Positions 11,500 to 24,688 of a DNA stretch of 64,000 nucleotides are shown here, one piece after another. The position numbers and the translations under genes were made by a program. Positions within the stretch are counted from its first letter, which is position 1; every line of letters starts with the position of its first letter. Location of the stretch: NCBI GenBank assembly GCA_000320545.1, contig ADNK01000862.1:1-64000 (forward strand), written 5' to 3'. Below the pieces are notes generated by a model that made no database searches, had not been told where the DNA came from, and saw only the letters and a program-made list of their open reading frames with translations. The DNA comes from Bigelowiella natans CCMP2755 (taxonomy: Eukaryota; Protista; Cercozoa).

Positions 11500-13022
11500 T
11501 TACAGTCGTCTACCCAGCTAACAACCACTATCATTTTAGGAGAAACAAAGACTCACAAAGAATTTCAGAAGCCACCACGGCATCTTCAACCCTGAGAGTA
11601 TCGACCAATAGTTTCGCAGTGAACAACTTTAATGGAAAAAGGAGCAAGTTCCAGGTGAAACTAATGGGATACGCTTTCTTCTCACCTGCGGGTAACAGCC
11701 TCGTCACAAAAGATGATTTTCCGCCTCCTCCAGCAGCTGCTAGTGCTAAGTAAGCACGTAGGTAACGAGGTTGTCAGATTGAGAGGAGGGAGGCGAAGGA
11801 GGAAAATACTGTCGTTTTGGTTTCTTTTCTGACCTTTCATAGACCGAAGAGAAAAGGGAATCTTCCCTTCTTCGTCCTGATGAGATATGCCAGCGATGAG
11901 AGTGATGTAGGCAGATGATTAGCGCACAGAAAAGGAATTTACAGCACCAGGATTTAAGGGTGTTGAAGGTAAGGTGTGTTACTGAATTTTTCGTGAGTGT
12001 ATATATATGGTGGGGGAGGTGTGCGCTGGTGTCATATACAGTGAACTTGAATTCCGCCGCAAGGTCGTCTACGGACTGTATCGTTCCTAATGATCAAATG
12101 ACATGGCGGTTACTTTATAAAGACGATGCTGCGTGTGCGTGTGCGTGTGCGTGTGCGTGTGCGTGTGCGTGTGCGTGTGCGTGTGCGTGTGCGTGTGCGT
12201 GTGCGTGTGCGTGTGCGTGCGTGTCCTGTTTCAAAAAATCGCAGGCTTATGATCCCGGTGGATCGAGGTAAAGACTAGTGTAGTAATGGCTCAGCCTGTC
12301 GTGTGATGGGTTGTCCCACCGGTTCTATCCATCAGGTTTCCAGCTGAAGCCAGTGCCTGTGTGATCAGCAACCCGTCTCATAGCATGCACGGACGCAAGT
12401 ATTTACACGTACAAACACAACACATTAAAGGTAGCATTGCTACGTGAGGAATAGTCCATCACAGCTGTAGGGTTTCTTCCTTCCTCCTTCCCACTGTTTC
12501 ATTCGAGGACTATTCAAATAGCACCACGATTTGCTACACCACAACACCTATCATTATTTACTGCTGTTACTGCTGCTGCTACTACTACCGCAACTCCTCT
12601 TCCGACGAATACTGGAGATTCCGCCTGATGGATGGTGATATGGTTGTGAGAAGTGCAAAGCGTGAGAAAGAAGGACGGGTATGAGCGAGTACCTGCTCGA
12701 GGGCGGATGCTGACGTCAACTTGCCTAAAAGGGGGAGGAGGAGAAGGAGGAGGAAGAGGGGGAGAGGGAGAGAGGAAGATAGATGGAGGGGGAAAGCGGC
12801 GTCGATGCTTTGAATTTGTGTGTGTGTGTATGTGTGTGTGCGTGTGTGTGTGTGTGTGTATGTGTGGACAAAAGAGAGAGACGCGAGCTTGTACGAAGTA
12901 GTGCGATTTACACATTCAATTTAAGAACAATTTTGGCCCTGTGATCTATCAATGCAGCCTTCTCTCTATTATATGTAACAAAGAGCGATGTGGGGTTCGC
13001 TATTCATATATCGTCGTTGTTT

Positions 13023-13066
<44 letters not shown>

Positions 13067-14154
13067 GATGAAACCTATGGCCCTTGACATCTTCTCCGTC
13101 TGATTCGCAAAAACGGCAATCGGCGGTCAATCGCAAGATATAAATCAGAGATAGGTTCAAATCAACACAGCAGCAGCAGTAGTAAGTAGCACCAGAAGGA
13201 GAGAAGCTGCTCCTACAACAACTACTGCTGCTCGTAGTAGTAGTGCAATGAGGATGCTAAAAATGACGCTCATGCAAAAGCCACAAGGGCAAAGCAGTAC
13301 CTTCACGAGCCCAGGCCACACGGAAACAACGGAGACTCCTATATTGGATAAACACGCCAGTATTGACCATAGAAGCGGGGATGTGGTATGAACAGGCGCA
13401 AGGGCACACACGGTACATGTGCGGCAGATTGATAGCTAGGAACCTTTAGGTGCGAGCTCCCGTGCCATATCAGCAGCCATTCTATCCACGGCCGCCTATG
13501 TGTACCAAAAGGATTATGGTAGCGGGGAAGAGAAGGAGAAGGAGGAGGAGGAGGAGGAGGAGGAGTAGTCACTCGCAGTTATCATTGCAGCAACATCCAT
13601 CCAGACCCAATACCAAGCGAAGAACGAAGTCAACGGTTATAGGAGTTATTATTATCATTGTTATCATCATTATCACTATCAATATTATTGTTATCATCAT
13701 CATTATTATGTTCCCCCTGTGGCAGACCTTGCCCACTCCATAGGCCACGTCGAATATGTACGTTAGCCCGCCAAAAGAGGAGATTAGCACTACCTAATCA
13801 ATGGAAGATACATTAGACGCGATAAGGAGGAATCAAATCATCCTCTATCTCATCGTATGAAGAATATATGTAGACTATATGCACAAAGACCAAGGGGGCT
13901 GGACGTCCGTCTGCTACACCTCCCGACTTGATCAAAAGTGGCGCTGCCAGAGACGTCGCAACATAGTGCGAACGCAACCCTACCTGAGGAAGGAGGGGGA
14001 GAAAGAAGAGAAAGAAGAGGGGGAGGAGGAGGAGGAAGAAGAAGAAGAAGAAGATGGAATAGAGGATAAGGAGGCGGGCAGACACAAAAACGAGAATGGG
14101 TTAGCAAATAGGCTTTTTGCTTACATAATGACTGCTTGTCCATGGGAACTGCGT

Positions 14155-14192
<38 letters not shown>

Positions 14193-15101
14193 TTACTGCT
14201 ACTTCACACACGTCGATCTACCGACGGCAGAGAGTTTGACTCACGTTGTTAACTTGGTCCCACATGCCAATTGGCTTTTCCCAAAACGGCGTTCCCAGCG
14301 ACTCGCTCAGCCTACACAATTCATCGATCCTTAGTTTATCGAATGAAGGAGAAATACAATGAAAGAGGGAGACGAAGAGAAACATAGAATATATTCGGGA
14401 AAAGGAACAAGATAATACGTGAATGCAGGGTTTTATAAGGAGGAAGAGAAACGATGATGGAGAAGCGAGGGGAACATAATAGGGGTGAATAATGGGGGGA
14501 GAGAATCAGTTTACTATAATAACGTATTCGTACGTGTCCACGGCACTGTAAGCATTATTGACAAGCACGTCGATTCTGCCCTCCTCCCTTTCGATCCTGA
14601 ATGTAATGCAATTATGATGACAAAAACAAGGTCTTCCTTCACCTAGCAGCAAAACTTGGCTGTGATGAGGAACAGGTTGTTTGCGGAAAGTAGACAAAGA
14701 ACAGAGACAAAGGACGGCAAGACTGGTTATTCTGGCCACATACATCTCGAAGAAACTCCGAACTTGGTCATCATCCGAGTGGTCGACTTGCACCACGACA
14801 CAAGATCCTCTATCAATCATCAACAGCGAAAAAGGACAAGGGAGTAGCAGCAGCGTATTAACAGATATGCTGACGATATCAAGCATACGTGATGAACATG
14901 CCCTATTCCTCTTCCATCATGTTTGGTGAGCGACACTATCAAGTTGCAGGCGACGGGGGGGAAATTACCCAATGGATTCGATAATTTCTTTTGTAGCCTC
15001 AAGACTACCGCCCACATCTCCACCTCCATTCTCCTGATAACATCGAGATATATTTGATTATTTTGTGTCAGTGGGTAAACCAAGCGTGTGTTATATGCGT
15101 G

Positions 15102-15137
<36 letters not shown>

Positions 15138-15780
15138 CATGGCTGGGTCGCCGGTTGTCTCCTTCAATGTGCGTCCAGTAATGTACACTTTCATTCCTAG
15201 GGATTATTCGAGAGGCAGCAGCTCATTAGAGTTAGTAAGAAGCTATATGTATAATCTGACTCAATTCTGCTACTCACATACACTCCATATCAAAACACAT
15301 GGTATTGGTATTGGTTGATTGGCTGAAGGTGGAATTACTTAATTACTTACCGATTTCAGCCAAACCGATTGCGATGCCTTTTCCAATGCCACGCGTGGCC
15401 CCAGTAACCACTGCAACATCCCCTTTCCTTGAAACCTCTTGGGCACCGACCGTCCCGCCCAACAAACTATCCGAGGAGGATGATGCGTACACGGCAGGCG
15501 GCGAGCGATTGGACGACGACGAAGACGACGTCGTCGTTCCTCTTAGAACTGAAGGAGAAAGAAGCGATGATCTTTGCTCGCTACCATGGTTTCGTGCGAC
15601 GTAGCACATTGACTTTGACATCAGTTTGGAAAGCGGCGACGATTGCAATCGGGAAGCTGTTCGCCGAAGCTGGCGGCCCGTCCCTTCGGTGCACGGAGCA
15701 ACGAGAAGGAGCAGGAAGGCGAAGAACAAAGGTCTAGGGAAGACGAAAGCCATTGATCTTCCTGCCAATTTGATGGCCAT
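11500..15780 (-). CDS. DHRS1: Short-chain dehydrogenase/reductase, DHRS1-like, with bipartite signal + transit-like presequence
   Basis: VAVVTGATRGIGKGIAIGL, MKVYITGRT, GRIDVLVNNAYSAV, PFWEKPIGMWDQVNNVGLRSHYV, ISSFGGLTYIFDVAYGVGK (YxxxK), VVSVWPGLVK, AESPVFVGR, FKFTDEEG, LKMPWWLL. Predicted last exon LGRRL* (11517-11500). N-terminus MAFVFPRPLFFAFLLLLVAPCTEG then S/R-rich. Confidence 0.88.
12131..12224. repeat. (GCGTGT)n hexanucleotide tandem repeat in a DHRS1 intron (alternating purine/pyrimidine)
   Basis: About 15 perfect copies visible. Confidence 0.95.
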
Positions 15781-16043
15781 GAGAAAGGGTGTGGAGGGGG
15801 GAGAGGGGAGGGGATGTGCGTTTGCGGGTCGACGTGCGCCTGAACGTTGCTTTCCGTTCGCCACGTCGATGATGGAATGTGTAGCGGCTGTGCAAGCCAC
15901 AAGCCGAAGTAGAAGGATAGGGCCTTTGTTTTTATAGTGCGACATAAAACATACAGTTGTCGTAATCTTTATTTTCATTGTGCGACATCACAGTAAACAA
16001 CTGTCGTATTAGTAGCCTTTGTTTTAAAAGTGCGACAAGGAAG
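15781..16043. promoter_or_regulatory. Short bidirectional promoter between DHRS1 and BUD23
   Basis: Head-to-head start codons about 260 bp apart, with no repeats in the interval. Confidence 0.6.
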
Positions 16044-17683
16044 ATGAAGTTGTCGCAGCAGAGGAAACAGTCACGAGATAATACAGTTTCCCTTCGGTCG
16101 CAGAGCACCACGCCGTTGAGCACGCAGGCGACGACGCACGTACTCACGCATCGTCTGAACGGCGACGAACTGCTCTCCTTCCCTGTCTCTGCCCGCCCAG
16201 CATTTCCTCTCCATTCCGCGAAAGGGTGGTGGGTGGCGGTCACGTTGCAGCCGCAACACTCGCGGCAGCAGTGGTCTGTTTCGCCTGTGCATTTTTGCTT
16301 AGCATTCCTGCTAATGGCGCCGAGCAACTAGGGAAGGGAAAACGCCATAGACCGGAGCGAAGGGGGGCCAGCGTGTTTTACGATGAGACACAGGCGAAAA
16401 AGTATGCGACGAGCTCCAGGTGTAAGAAGTGTTGAAGAGAAAGAATGCCGATGTCGATAGATAGGCATCGAAATTTTATCCTAAGACAGATCTCTTTCCC
16501 CCTTTTCCATTATTTCTTCTCGAATCAATAGAATGAAGAAGATCCAAACCGACATGACAAAGCGCGCCATTGAACTCCTGGAGATGGAGCTTGGACAGGA
16601 TAAGCTTGTGTTGGATGTGGGATGCGGTTCGGGTCTTTCAGGCGCTGTTCTCAATGAATATAATGTACCGTGGATTGGGTTCGATGTCAGCGAGCCCATG
16701 CTGCAACAAGCTCAGGCAAGAGGATGTAGCAACGGAAATCTCATTCTCTCGGACATGTCTAACGGCGTGCCTTTTCGTGGGGGAGCGTTTGACGCAGTAA
16801 TCGGTAGGAGTGCTCTTTTACATTGTTGGCTCGATAGAAGTAGGAGGGTGGGGGTTCAAAGCACCCTGGTATTTTTGGCGAGTGGACGAAAATACTTCAA
16901 ATTACAATTGATATGCTTTAGGCATTTCATGTCTCCAATGGTTATGTAGTGCCACCTTCGGAGGGAAGGAATTTGAGGTCGATCATCCCGATATGAGACG
17001 GTGTGGCAATCTGCTTCAACATCATTCTTGTTTTGGTGATTTGAAAATAGGTTCTCTTGAAGTTTTTCCGAAGCTTAAGAGGATGTATGACATCGAACGG
17101 GCGAGCAGTGTTCCAATTTTACCCGGAAAATAAGGAACAGGTCCAGATTTGATCGTCATCCTCATCCTCATCGTATCTGGACAGAGGTATTTTGCACTGC
17201 CCTGACTTTGTTGTTTGCTTCTTCTACACTTTAAGTCTACGATGATGACGAAGGCAGCGTTGAAAGCAGGCTTTAAGGGCGGCGTTATGGTCGATAATCC
17301 AGATATTAAGAAGCGAGCAAAGCATTTTCTGTGTCTTTCCCTCGGAATGAAACAGTCTTTTATGAGGCAGGCAGACGTTCAAAAGGTGGTGTTCTGCTTT
17401 GTGCGTACGACGTGAACACTGTAAATGTCATCGCCCTTCCAGTCTGTTTCGTTTTCTTTCTGCGAATCCCATTACTTTATTGGTTTTAAAATTGATTTCT
17501 TCTTTGCACTATCGCTGTTTGCTTCAGTGGGAGGAATTGCGCTCGAAGAGGAAGCGCCGCGGAGCAACAGATCCCGCTGATGTCGCGACGGGACAGAATA
17601 AACGCTCAAAACGAGCCCCTAAGGATACTCGAAAAAGTAAGTACTCAGGGCGACATCGTAGTAAACGTTTTTCGCACGTGTAG
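16044..17683 (+). CDS. BUD23: 18S rRNA (guanine-N7) methyltransferase BUD23/WBSCR22 with N-terminal hydrophobic extension
   Basis: RPERRGASVFYDETQAKKYATSSR, MKKIQTDMTKRAIELL, LVLDVGCGSGLSG, WIGFDVSEPML, LSDMSNGVPFRGGAFDAVI, GRAVFQFYPEN, AALKAGFKGGVMVDNP, DTRKSKYSGRHRSKRF. The start at 16044 needs an inferred intron 16097-16200. Confidence 0.92.
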
Positions 17684-18377
17684 CTAGCTCATTCTGTTGT
17701 TATATATCTCTTTCATGCTACGGGGTAGTCGATTCGAGAGTGAGTACGATAGCGGCTTGGTTTCAGATGTAGCGTAACTATATGCCTCAAATCAAGTTAA
17801 TGTCACATTCGCAAGCCAAGATAACCATTTACGAAAGACGTGAGAAAATTATTTTACAGTCAGCAAATGCTCAATACAATGTGCTCAATAACTTCATGCG
17901 TTGTTAATGTGCTGCATGCGCTCCGTAGCATTTGCGCACTGTCGGCGATCCTATCCGCTGGACACGCTGATACGAGCGCCACGGCTTATCAACATTTCAG
18001 CATTTTATTGCAGCAAATCGAAAACGCCGTGATATATGAGGGTATTATCATTTCTGTACCGTTGATGACCGAACTATCACGCAAGTGTCGCCGCAAAAGG
18101 TTACAAAGCTGATCAGAATGCGAATTTCTAGATCATTTTCATACGCGTACGGTAAATGAAAGCACTGTCACAATGCAAACATATGGTTGCTTTTTGATAC
18201 ATGCAAGACAAGTGCACTATGCCCACATTACATTACGTCTATTTTCTCAATAGAATTATCACAGCAGCCACATGCTAAACTAAATAATTCGTACTTTAAA
18301 ATATAATAACGTGTTCATGAGGCATGTTCGACGCATAGAAACACACAAGAATATACTACTTTAAGAGTTGCAATTTA

Positions 18378-20761
18378 TTACTTGTCATCACGATTCTTCC
18401 TTTTCTTCACCGCTCGTAAGGATGTGCGCCGTGACGCGCGATTTCTTCGCTTTTTGGTCTTAAAAGGGATCTTACTAGCTTTCTCTCGCTGATTTTTCTT
18501 GCTTCCCCGTCCGTTGCGACTTCCATCCTGCATATATGGCATATATGGCACACCATTACAACGAAGAAGAGACTGGGGACACTTTATTACATTGTATGCT
18601 GTCCTAAGATGTCCTTGATTCACACGGTTGTTTCATGCACTACACTGTGTTACTGCTCACTCGCTCACTCGCTCACTATATATCGTCCGTGATGTTGCTA
18701 GTGTATTGCTTTCATTGGTCTTCTTACAAGGTCTGTCCAGTCCACCGTCATTCCTTGGAGCGTCAAGTCGAGGTCGGCTACGTGCTCTACGCTGAGTTTC
18801 TCCCCGACCTATCAGAGCGAATAAGCGACATTATTAAGTTAATTTCTATACGAGAAGAACGAGTACAGAGAATCAGATGCAAAAGGAGGATAAAGCGATT
18901 CTCAGTCGCTCCCTCACCTCCACTTTGTCCTTAGCCGCGGCAGTAGCCGATCGAATCGCCTGCATCTCACTGATTCCCGCTTTAGCAAACTGATAGTAAG
19001 AGGAAGGACGAAACCTTGGGTTATCACTGGTAGCCAAGAAATATCTATCTATCTTCATATCTATCTATCGTCGCCGGCGCAATACCACTCACCACAACCA
19101 TTTCATTATCGTAATCATCATCATAATCATCATCTTTATCATTATTGCCATCTTCATTATCATCATTAGAGCTCATCTTCCACTCTCTCAAACAAAGGCA
19201 GCTCTGTCGGCGAGGACAATACATGCGGTTTTTGTGGTGAGAATGATGATGAAGGCGGTGAATGACCTCAACCACGGCTGCTGCTGGAGGTGTTGCCAGC
19301 ACTCCTCTTCCGCCCTTTCTTAGCGATGTAGTCGATTCCAAAACCACCGAAGATGCAGCAGCGCAGATGATACACACCATCGTAGAATGAAGGTTCTTGA
19401 ACCTGAACAACGCGGTAGCAACCGATATGCATCAAATAAATATCGAATGAAATGTGGGAGGGGGAGGGCAGTATTCGACTCACCCGCAGCTAGTGCATTC
19501 CCACTTTGCAGATCTGATGAATATATATATATATATATATAAATATGTTAAAAAACATCATATGATATGAGAGGTCAAACATTGGGAGGAGGAGGGAGGA
19601 GGAGGAGAATGGTCATCATTAACAGCCCAGCGCGATGCGACTAAAGACGTGTTATTAAGACTGCTGCTACAATTTACTGCTGCCTCCCACCACCAAACAT
19701 ACTTGAGTCTATCAACAAGGACAGCCTTACGTCCTGAAGAAGAAAGACCTCGCCTATGTGGGAATATTAGAGGAGGAAAGCAGTACATTGTTTTAAACTT
19801 AAAAAGCTAATCCCAGAGCATGACAAGTGCTTGCTAGCAATAAATCGCCGTGAAGAATAACACATATAATCCGTTTGTATCTTCTCCCTCTCGCGATGAC
19901 TCTCAGTGACTACTTCTGCAATTCGGCCTTAAGTTCCTTGACGGTTAGCTTCACAGGCTGTGCGAGTCGCTCCTCTATAGACACGTATGTGTGTTAGCAA
20001 ATATTGGCCTTTAGCAGACATACATACACACACACACGCACACGCACACGCAAGCACGAATCGATGGGCGCATAGTTACTATCAGTCACAACCGTAGGAT
20101 TCGCGGGCACAATGCGATCGGAACAGCTTGACCTCACCGCCAGCGCCTATCTTTTTTGCCTTCCCTCCATCCTCCAACGGTGTCGTCGTTGTGGCAGTGT
20201 TTGTCGTGATTGTTGTGGTCGCTTCCTCGCTTTCAGGGTTGCGATCCGAGCGATGGTACGGCTGACAGTTCTGATCGGCAGCGGTGAATGTATTTGTATA
20301 TGGAGAGGTATTGCTACGGCATAAATCTACCGCCCATCTCACCACAACTAGCATTACTACCATCGCTAGGTAGGTTACTCTATTTGGTCGTCGTCGTTGT
20401 AACTACCGGGCATGCGTAGCAGGTGCGCGCGCTCATTTTCCATGCCCGTACACTTCCTACAATGATACGCAGAAGGCGGCCAGCAATTGAAGTCATCTCA
20501 ACCATCATCGGAAGAGGATATATATATGATACAGCGGGGGGAGGAGGAAAGCCTTGCGCGCGCCCTGAAGAACCCACCTCCACATCTTCCGCACTTGGAC
20601 TGGTTGTAGATGTACCTAATAAAGGAATAATGAATGTAATCGAGAGGGGGAGAGGAGGAGTGGGAACAAGTTTCATTCGCTGGAACCGCGATCTTCGGTC
20701 TTTGGCAGCCGGCAAGAGAGTGTGCGTGTGCGCTAGTGTACGAGTTGACGACTGAGACTGC

Positions 20762-20812
<51 letters not shown>

Positions 20813-21102
20813 TAATGAAGTCACCTCCGCATGCGTGGTTTGCCCAATTTTTGCTGAGGTATCGACGCAAGCAGAACACCAGAAAAGCAGATCCACAACA
20901 GGTTGCATGAGAAGAAGCGTGTTAGCAGTAATATATTGGTAGAAGTACTGGTAGAAGTAATCGTACTACCGCTTCCTCTGGGTCGACGGTGAGAATAGAA
21001 CCAACTTGGAACCCTCGTCGCAACAGCTGCACGATAGATATACAGGTATGTAGCAATGCAGAGAGGAGGGGGAGAGGGGACCAGAATATACAGGATGGCA
21101 GA

Positions 21103-21133
<31 letters not shown>

Positions 21134-22816
21134 AAGAAGAAATGTAAGGCCATATCAGCATTATTAGCAGCTCTATTTTTCTTCTTCCTTGCGTATTAGT
21201 TCATCGCAAGGAGGACCTACACTGCAAAGTGCATATAGCAGCCACTGGAATCATTGCTATCACCATCACTTTATATTTCATCGTAACCATCATCACCATC
21301 ATCAAAATAATCGCCATTTTCACCATCATCAACACCATCATATTTAACCTAAATCATCTAAAAACATCAATCTTCTCCACCTCTACAGTGTGCTTCCAGA
21401 TGAGTTGAAACTCCTCGATTGTAAGATCGCATCCGAGTATCTAGTGAGAAAATGGGGAGGGGGGGGGAGGGAGACTTGGGGATTAGGGAGAGAGGAAGAA
21501 AGAGAGAGGGAGAGCGTCTTTTTACCTCTGGATGAACTCCAGCTTTGAATAAGATCTCGGCACGGTAGATGTTGCCCACACCCTGTCATGTATCATCAAG
21601 ATATATATAACTCGAGAGCAGCATCCCAGAAGGAGATACGCTTAACTGGGAAAGAAAAGCAAGTTTCCCTACTCACCGAAACTCTCTCCGTCTACGTTCC
21701 TTCTTAATGAAAACATAAAAATCGACTAATACCGCGAAATAGGACTGGTCCATCAGTAACTTTCCAATGCTTTTCTTCGCTTTTTGGACCTAAATTTGCT
21801 CCTCATCACATCACAATTATCAAACGCAGAATGCTCTACTTACTCGTTCCCAGAGAGAGCTAGGGTCAGCATCACTGCGTAGACCGTCTTCTCCTAGCTG
21901 CAAAAACAAGTGGCAGAAATTGTTCAGGATCACTACGACACAAGTAGAAACACCACTCACATAATTAGGAATTCATGTACAGCAAACACAAGGCAAAGAG
22001 CTATTGTGAATTGAAGCAGAAATCAGCACCTTGTCTTTTTTGGACTGATATAGTTCCTCGGTGCCATATGCTACCGTCATAGCCGACAGATGGGACACTA
22101 AATTATCGCTTTCCAACCTAGATATTAAATATTTATCAAGAGGATTGTAGGCCTCATCGCCTCTATCGAATTATGTTCTAAAGCATGGGAATGTAAAGCG
22201 AATGTTTCCTGCGATAATAATTGATGAAAACTGTGTGATAAGACCAAAACTACGGATGTTTTCCCTGTTCACTGTGCAATATGTTGAATTGAAGATCCTT
22301 TATCATCTCTTTGCAGGTTACCTAAGTCGGGTTGTAGGAGTGGGTTCGGGGGCCTGAGGGAGATGTAGAAGGAGAATGAAGGATGTTAGAAATATTCGAA
22401 GCTATGTACGCTGATGTCCTCTTCCTCAACTACCAAAGACCTTTGAAGCATCGAAAACAGCCCAGCGGCCGCTCATTCCGAAGTGGACATGTACGACGGA
22501 CGCTGGAGACCCGTCGATCTGGCGATGAATTACCGTCAATAGAGCGCCTTGCGGAACCAACATAATAGAACTTACATGGTCTCCACCGAAGAATGCAAAG
22601 AGATTCTTGCCAACGGCCTCCACTTTCGAGAGCTTTCGGCCGTTTATTCGCTTTGCCCCCTCCTCGAACCGTCCGTTTGGACTTGTCGCTTTGAAATACC
22701 TTGGGGACGGAAGCAAATAAGTTTAACTCGCGGGGGATGCGAACAAGGTCCAACCTGCCGACTAGCTTGCGCGTGTGCGCACGTGCCACTCGATGTACAG
22801 AATGACCTTCAACCAT
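18378..22816 (-). CDS. Fpg/Nei-family DNA glycosylase/AP lyase (Val2 N-terminus, H2TH, C4 zinc finger) with C-terminal SAP-like domain and basic tail
   Basis: MVEGHSVHRVA (ATG 22816, in-frame stop just upstream), SPNGRF, VEAVGKNLF, VHFGMSG, KSIGKLLMDQSYFA/GVGNIYRAEILFKAGVHP (H2TH), YIYNQSKCGRCGGSVRAWKMSARTCYACP/NCQP, KLTVKELKAELQK/RGLSSSGRKAVLVDRL (SAP). Confidence 0.92.
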
Positions 22817-23137
22817 ATCAAGATCCGCTGGGGTCGATTAGCGACGGCGGAGCCACAGAATCCTTGAATTATGAAAGACGTAGCATTTATCCCTATTACC
22901 GCAGGCCATTTTTTCGAAAAGACATACAATTTCCAACAAAAAATGCACTGGAATCCGAATCGCAGGCGGCGACAAGCCGCACAGGTTTTATTGCTCGGGA
23001 TTCGCACCCTGCGCCAAAGCCGAGAAATCCGGAAGCGCAGAGCTCTACCACGGAGAAGGAGGCATTTTTGCGTTTTCAGCATTTTTGCTCTGAGACAGAA
23101 TATATGGGAGATTTCAGGAAGAAATGCCCTCGAATTT
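22817..23137. promoter_or_regulatory. Short bidirectional promoter between Fpg/Nei and RPN12
   Basis: Head-to-head starts about 320 bp apart. Confidence 0.55.
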
Positions 23138-24688
23138 ATGTTCGTTTCCCAATGCGCGTGGACACACCGTGCAGCACAACTACGCAAAACCCACATCACC
23201 ATGCAGGCGGCGTCGCCTGATGTACGTTCTGGTTTTGAGCATGATGATAAGTCTCTGTCTAAATGTTTTTCCCCTGATAAAGGGAACCATCATGGCAACC
23301 TTCAACCCGCTGAGAGGAATTTTGACTCTGAACGATCCGCACAGCAAAAGAACGTTGCATGTAGAAGGTCATTAGATTGTAGCGCGCGTGGCTGTATCGC
23401 ATCATGATTCTGTTTCCTTTTAGATTTAGGTTCGATGCCCGATGTCAACGACATAGAGTTTAGCCAAGTCAACTACGCAGTTCTATTTTATTCGCCAAGC
23501 TCAACCCTAAAATATGATCTTCGAACTAAATCCATCATTCGGAAAAAAGAAGAAACAGTTCATCGTGAACCCTCAGAGCTGCAAGATAATATAGAGTTGC
23601 TATCCGAGACCTTCAGGCAACACTTCAGCATACTTGAGCATGATTCGTCCGACCAACTCTCCCTAAAGATGTGCAAAAGTTGCATAGAGAAAAGTCGTGT
23701 AAGTGCTGCAGATAATAATAATAATCATTTGTATCATGATTCTCATTTACTATTCTACTTCAGCTTCCCATGCTAATGTACGATGCAGAGTCTGTCCTAC
23801 AAATCCATCGTCAACAAGCTATTCAATTCCTCACAACTTCAAGTACACTAGTCACAGTCATTCGAATGACTAACTGGAATTAGATACAATGTTTTCGCGA
23901 TTCGTAGGAGATATTCTGGAACTTGGCGCATATTTCTATATTCTCATTAAAAACGAGAATGGCTTTGAGCGCCAAGTAGCTCAATTGAAAGCGTATTATC
24001 AAGATCATCGGTACCCATAACTTTTTCTATTAATTTGCACATCATAGAACACATGCTTCACTGTAGGGATATTTTGGAGGATTCTCCGCGTATGCTACAT
24101 TTAATCGGGATATATTTGACATACTTGTTGTCCCGAAATATGCTCTCAAAGTTCCACATTGAATTGGAAATGCTGGAAGAAAAGGATAGAGAGAGTCTAC
24201 ATGTTGCAACGGCAATCCAAATTGAGCAGCGAATGATGGAGGGAGGCTACAGGAAGATCATACTTGATGCAAAGGAAAACAAGTCGAGATATCTAAGCCA
24301 TTTTTTGAATAGGCTCATTGAGTCGATCAGGTTTTATTTGATTTTAATCGGATGTACTGCGTAGCTCAACCAACCTGGGAAAATATCAGGGAAAAACTTA
24401 TGGATTGTGCAACGAAGGCGTATACAGAGTGTTCCATTGAAAGCTTGAAACAAATTTGTATCCTCGAAGATCAACGTGAAGTTGTGAACCTTATGAAGGT
24501 AAAATTCCTAAGTAGAGTATGCAATTTTATGTATGATCATGAATAAAATGTACGTTCAACAGGAGAAAAGCAAAATAATCAGTGGAGATGATGAGAAGGG
24601 GTCAGTATCGACGACCTTATTCAGCAAAAATAATGTTCGAATAGACGATATTCTCCATTACGCTACTGAAGTTGAACAAATAATTTAA
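23138..24688 (+). CDS. RPN12: 26S proteasome lid subunit RPN12/PSMD8, divergent, with N-terminal extension
   Basis: SRDILELGAYFYI..FERQVAQLKAYYQD, IGIYLTYLLSRNMLSKFHIELEML, IEQRMMEGGYRKI, IREKLMDCATKAY, ILHYATEVEQII* (TAA 24686-24688). Start codon uncertain (23138 or 23201). Confidence 0.85.

Noticed and set aside
22549-23407. Long overlapping ORFs on both strands across the Fpg/RPN12 promoter
   Set aside because: No recognisable protein features. They overlap the antisense strand of real exons and the promoter.
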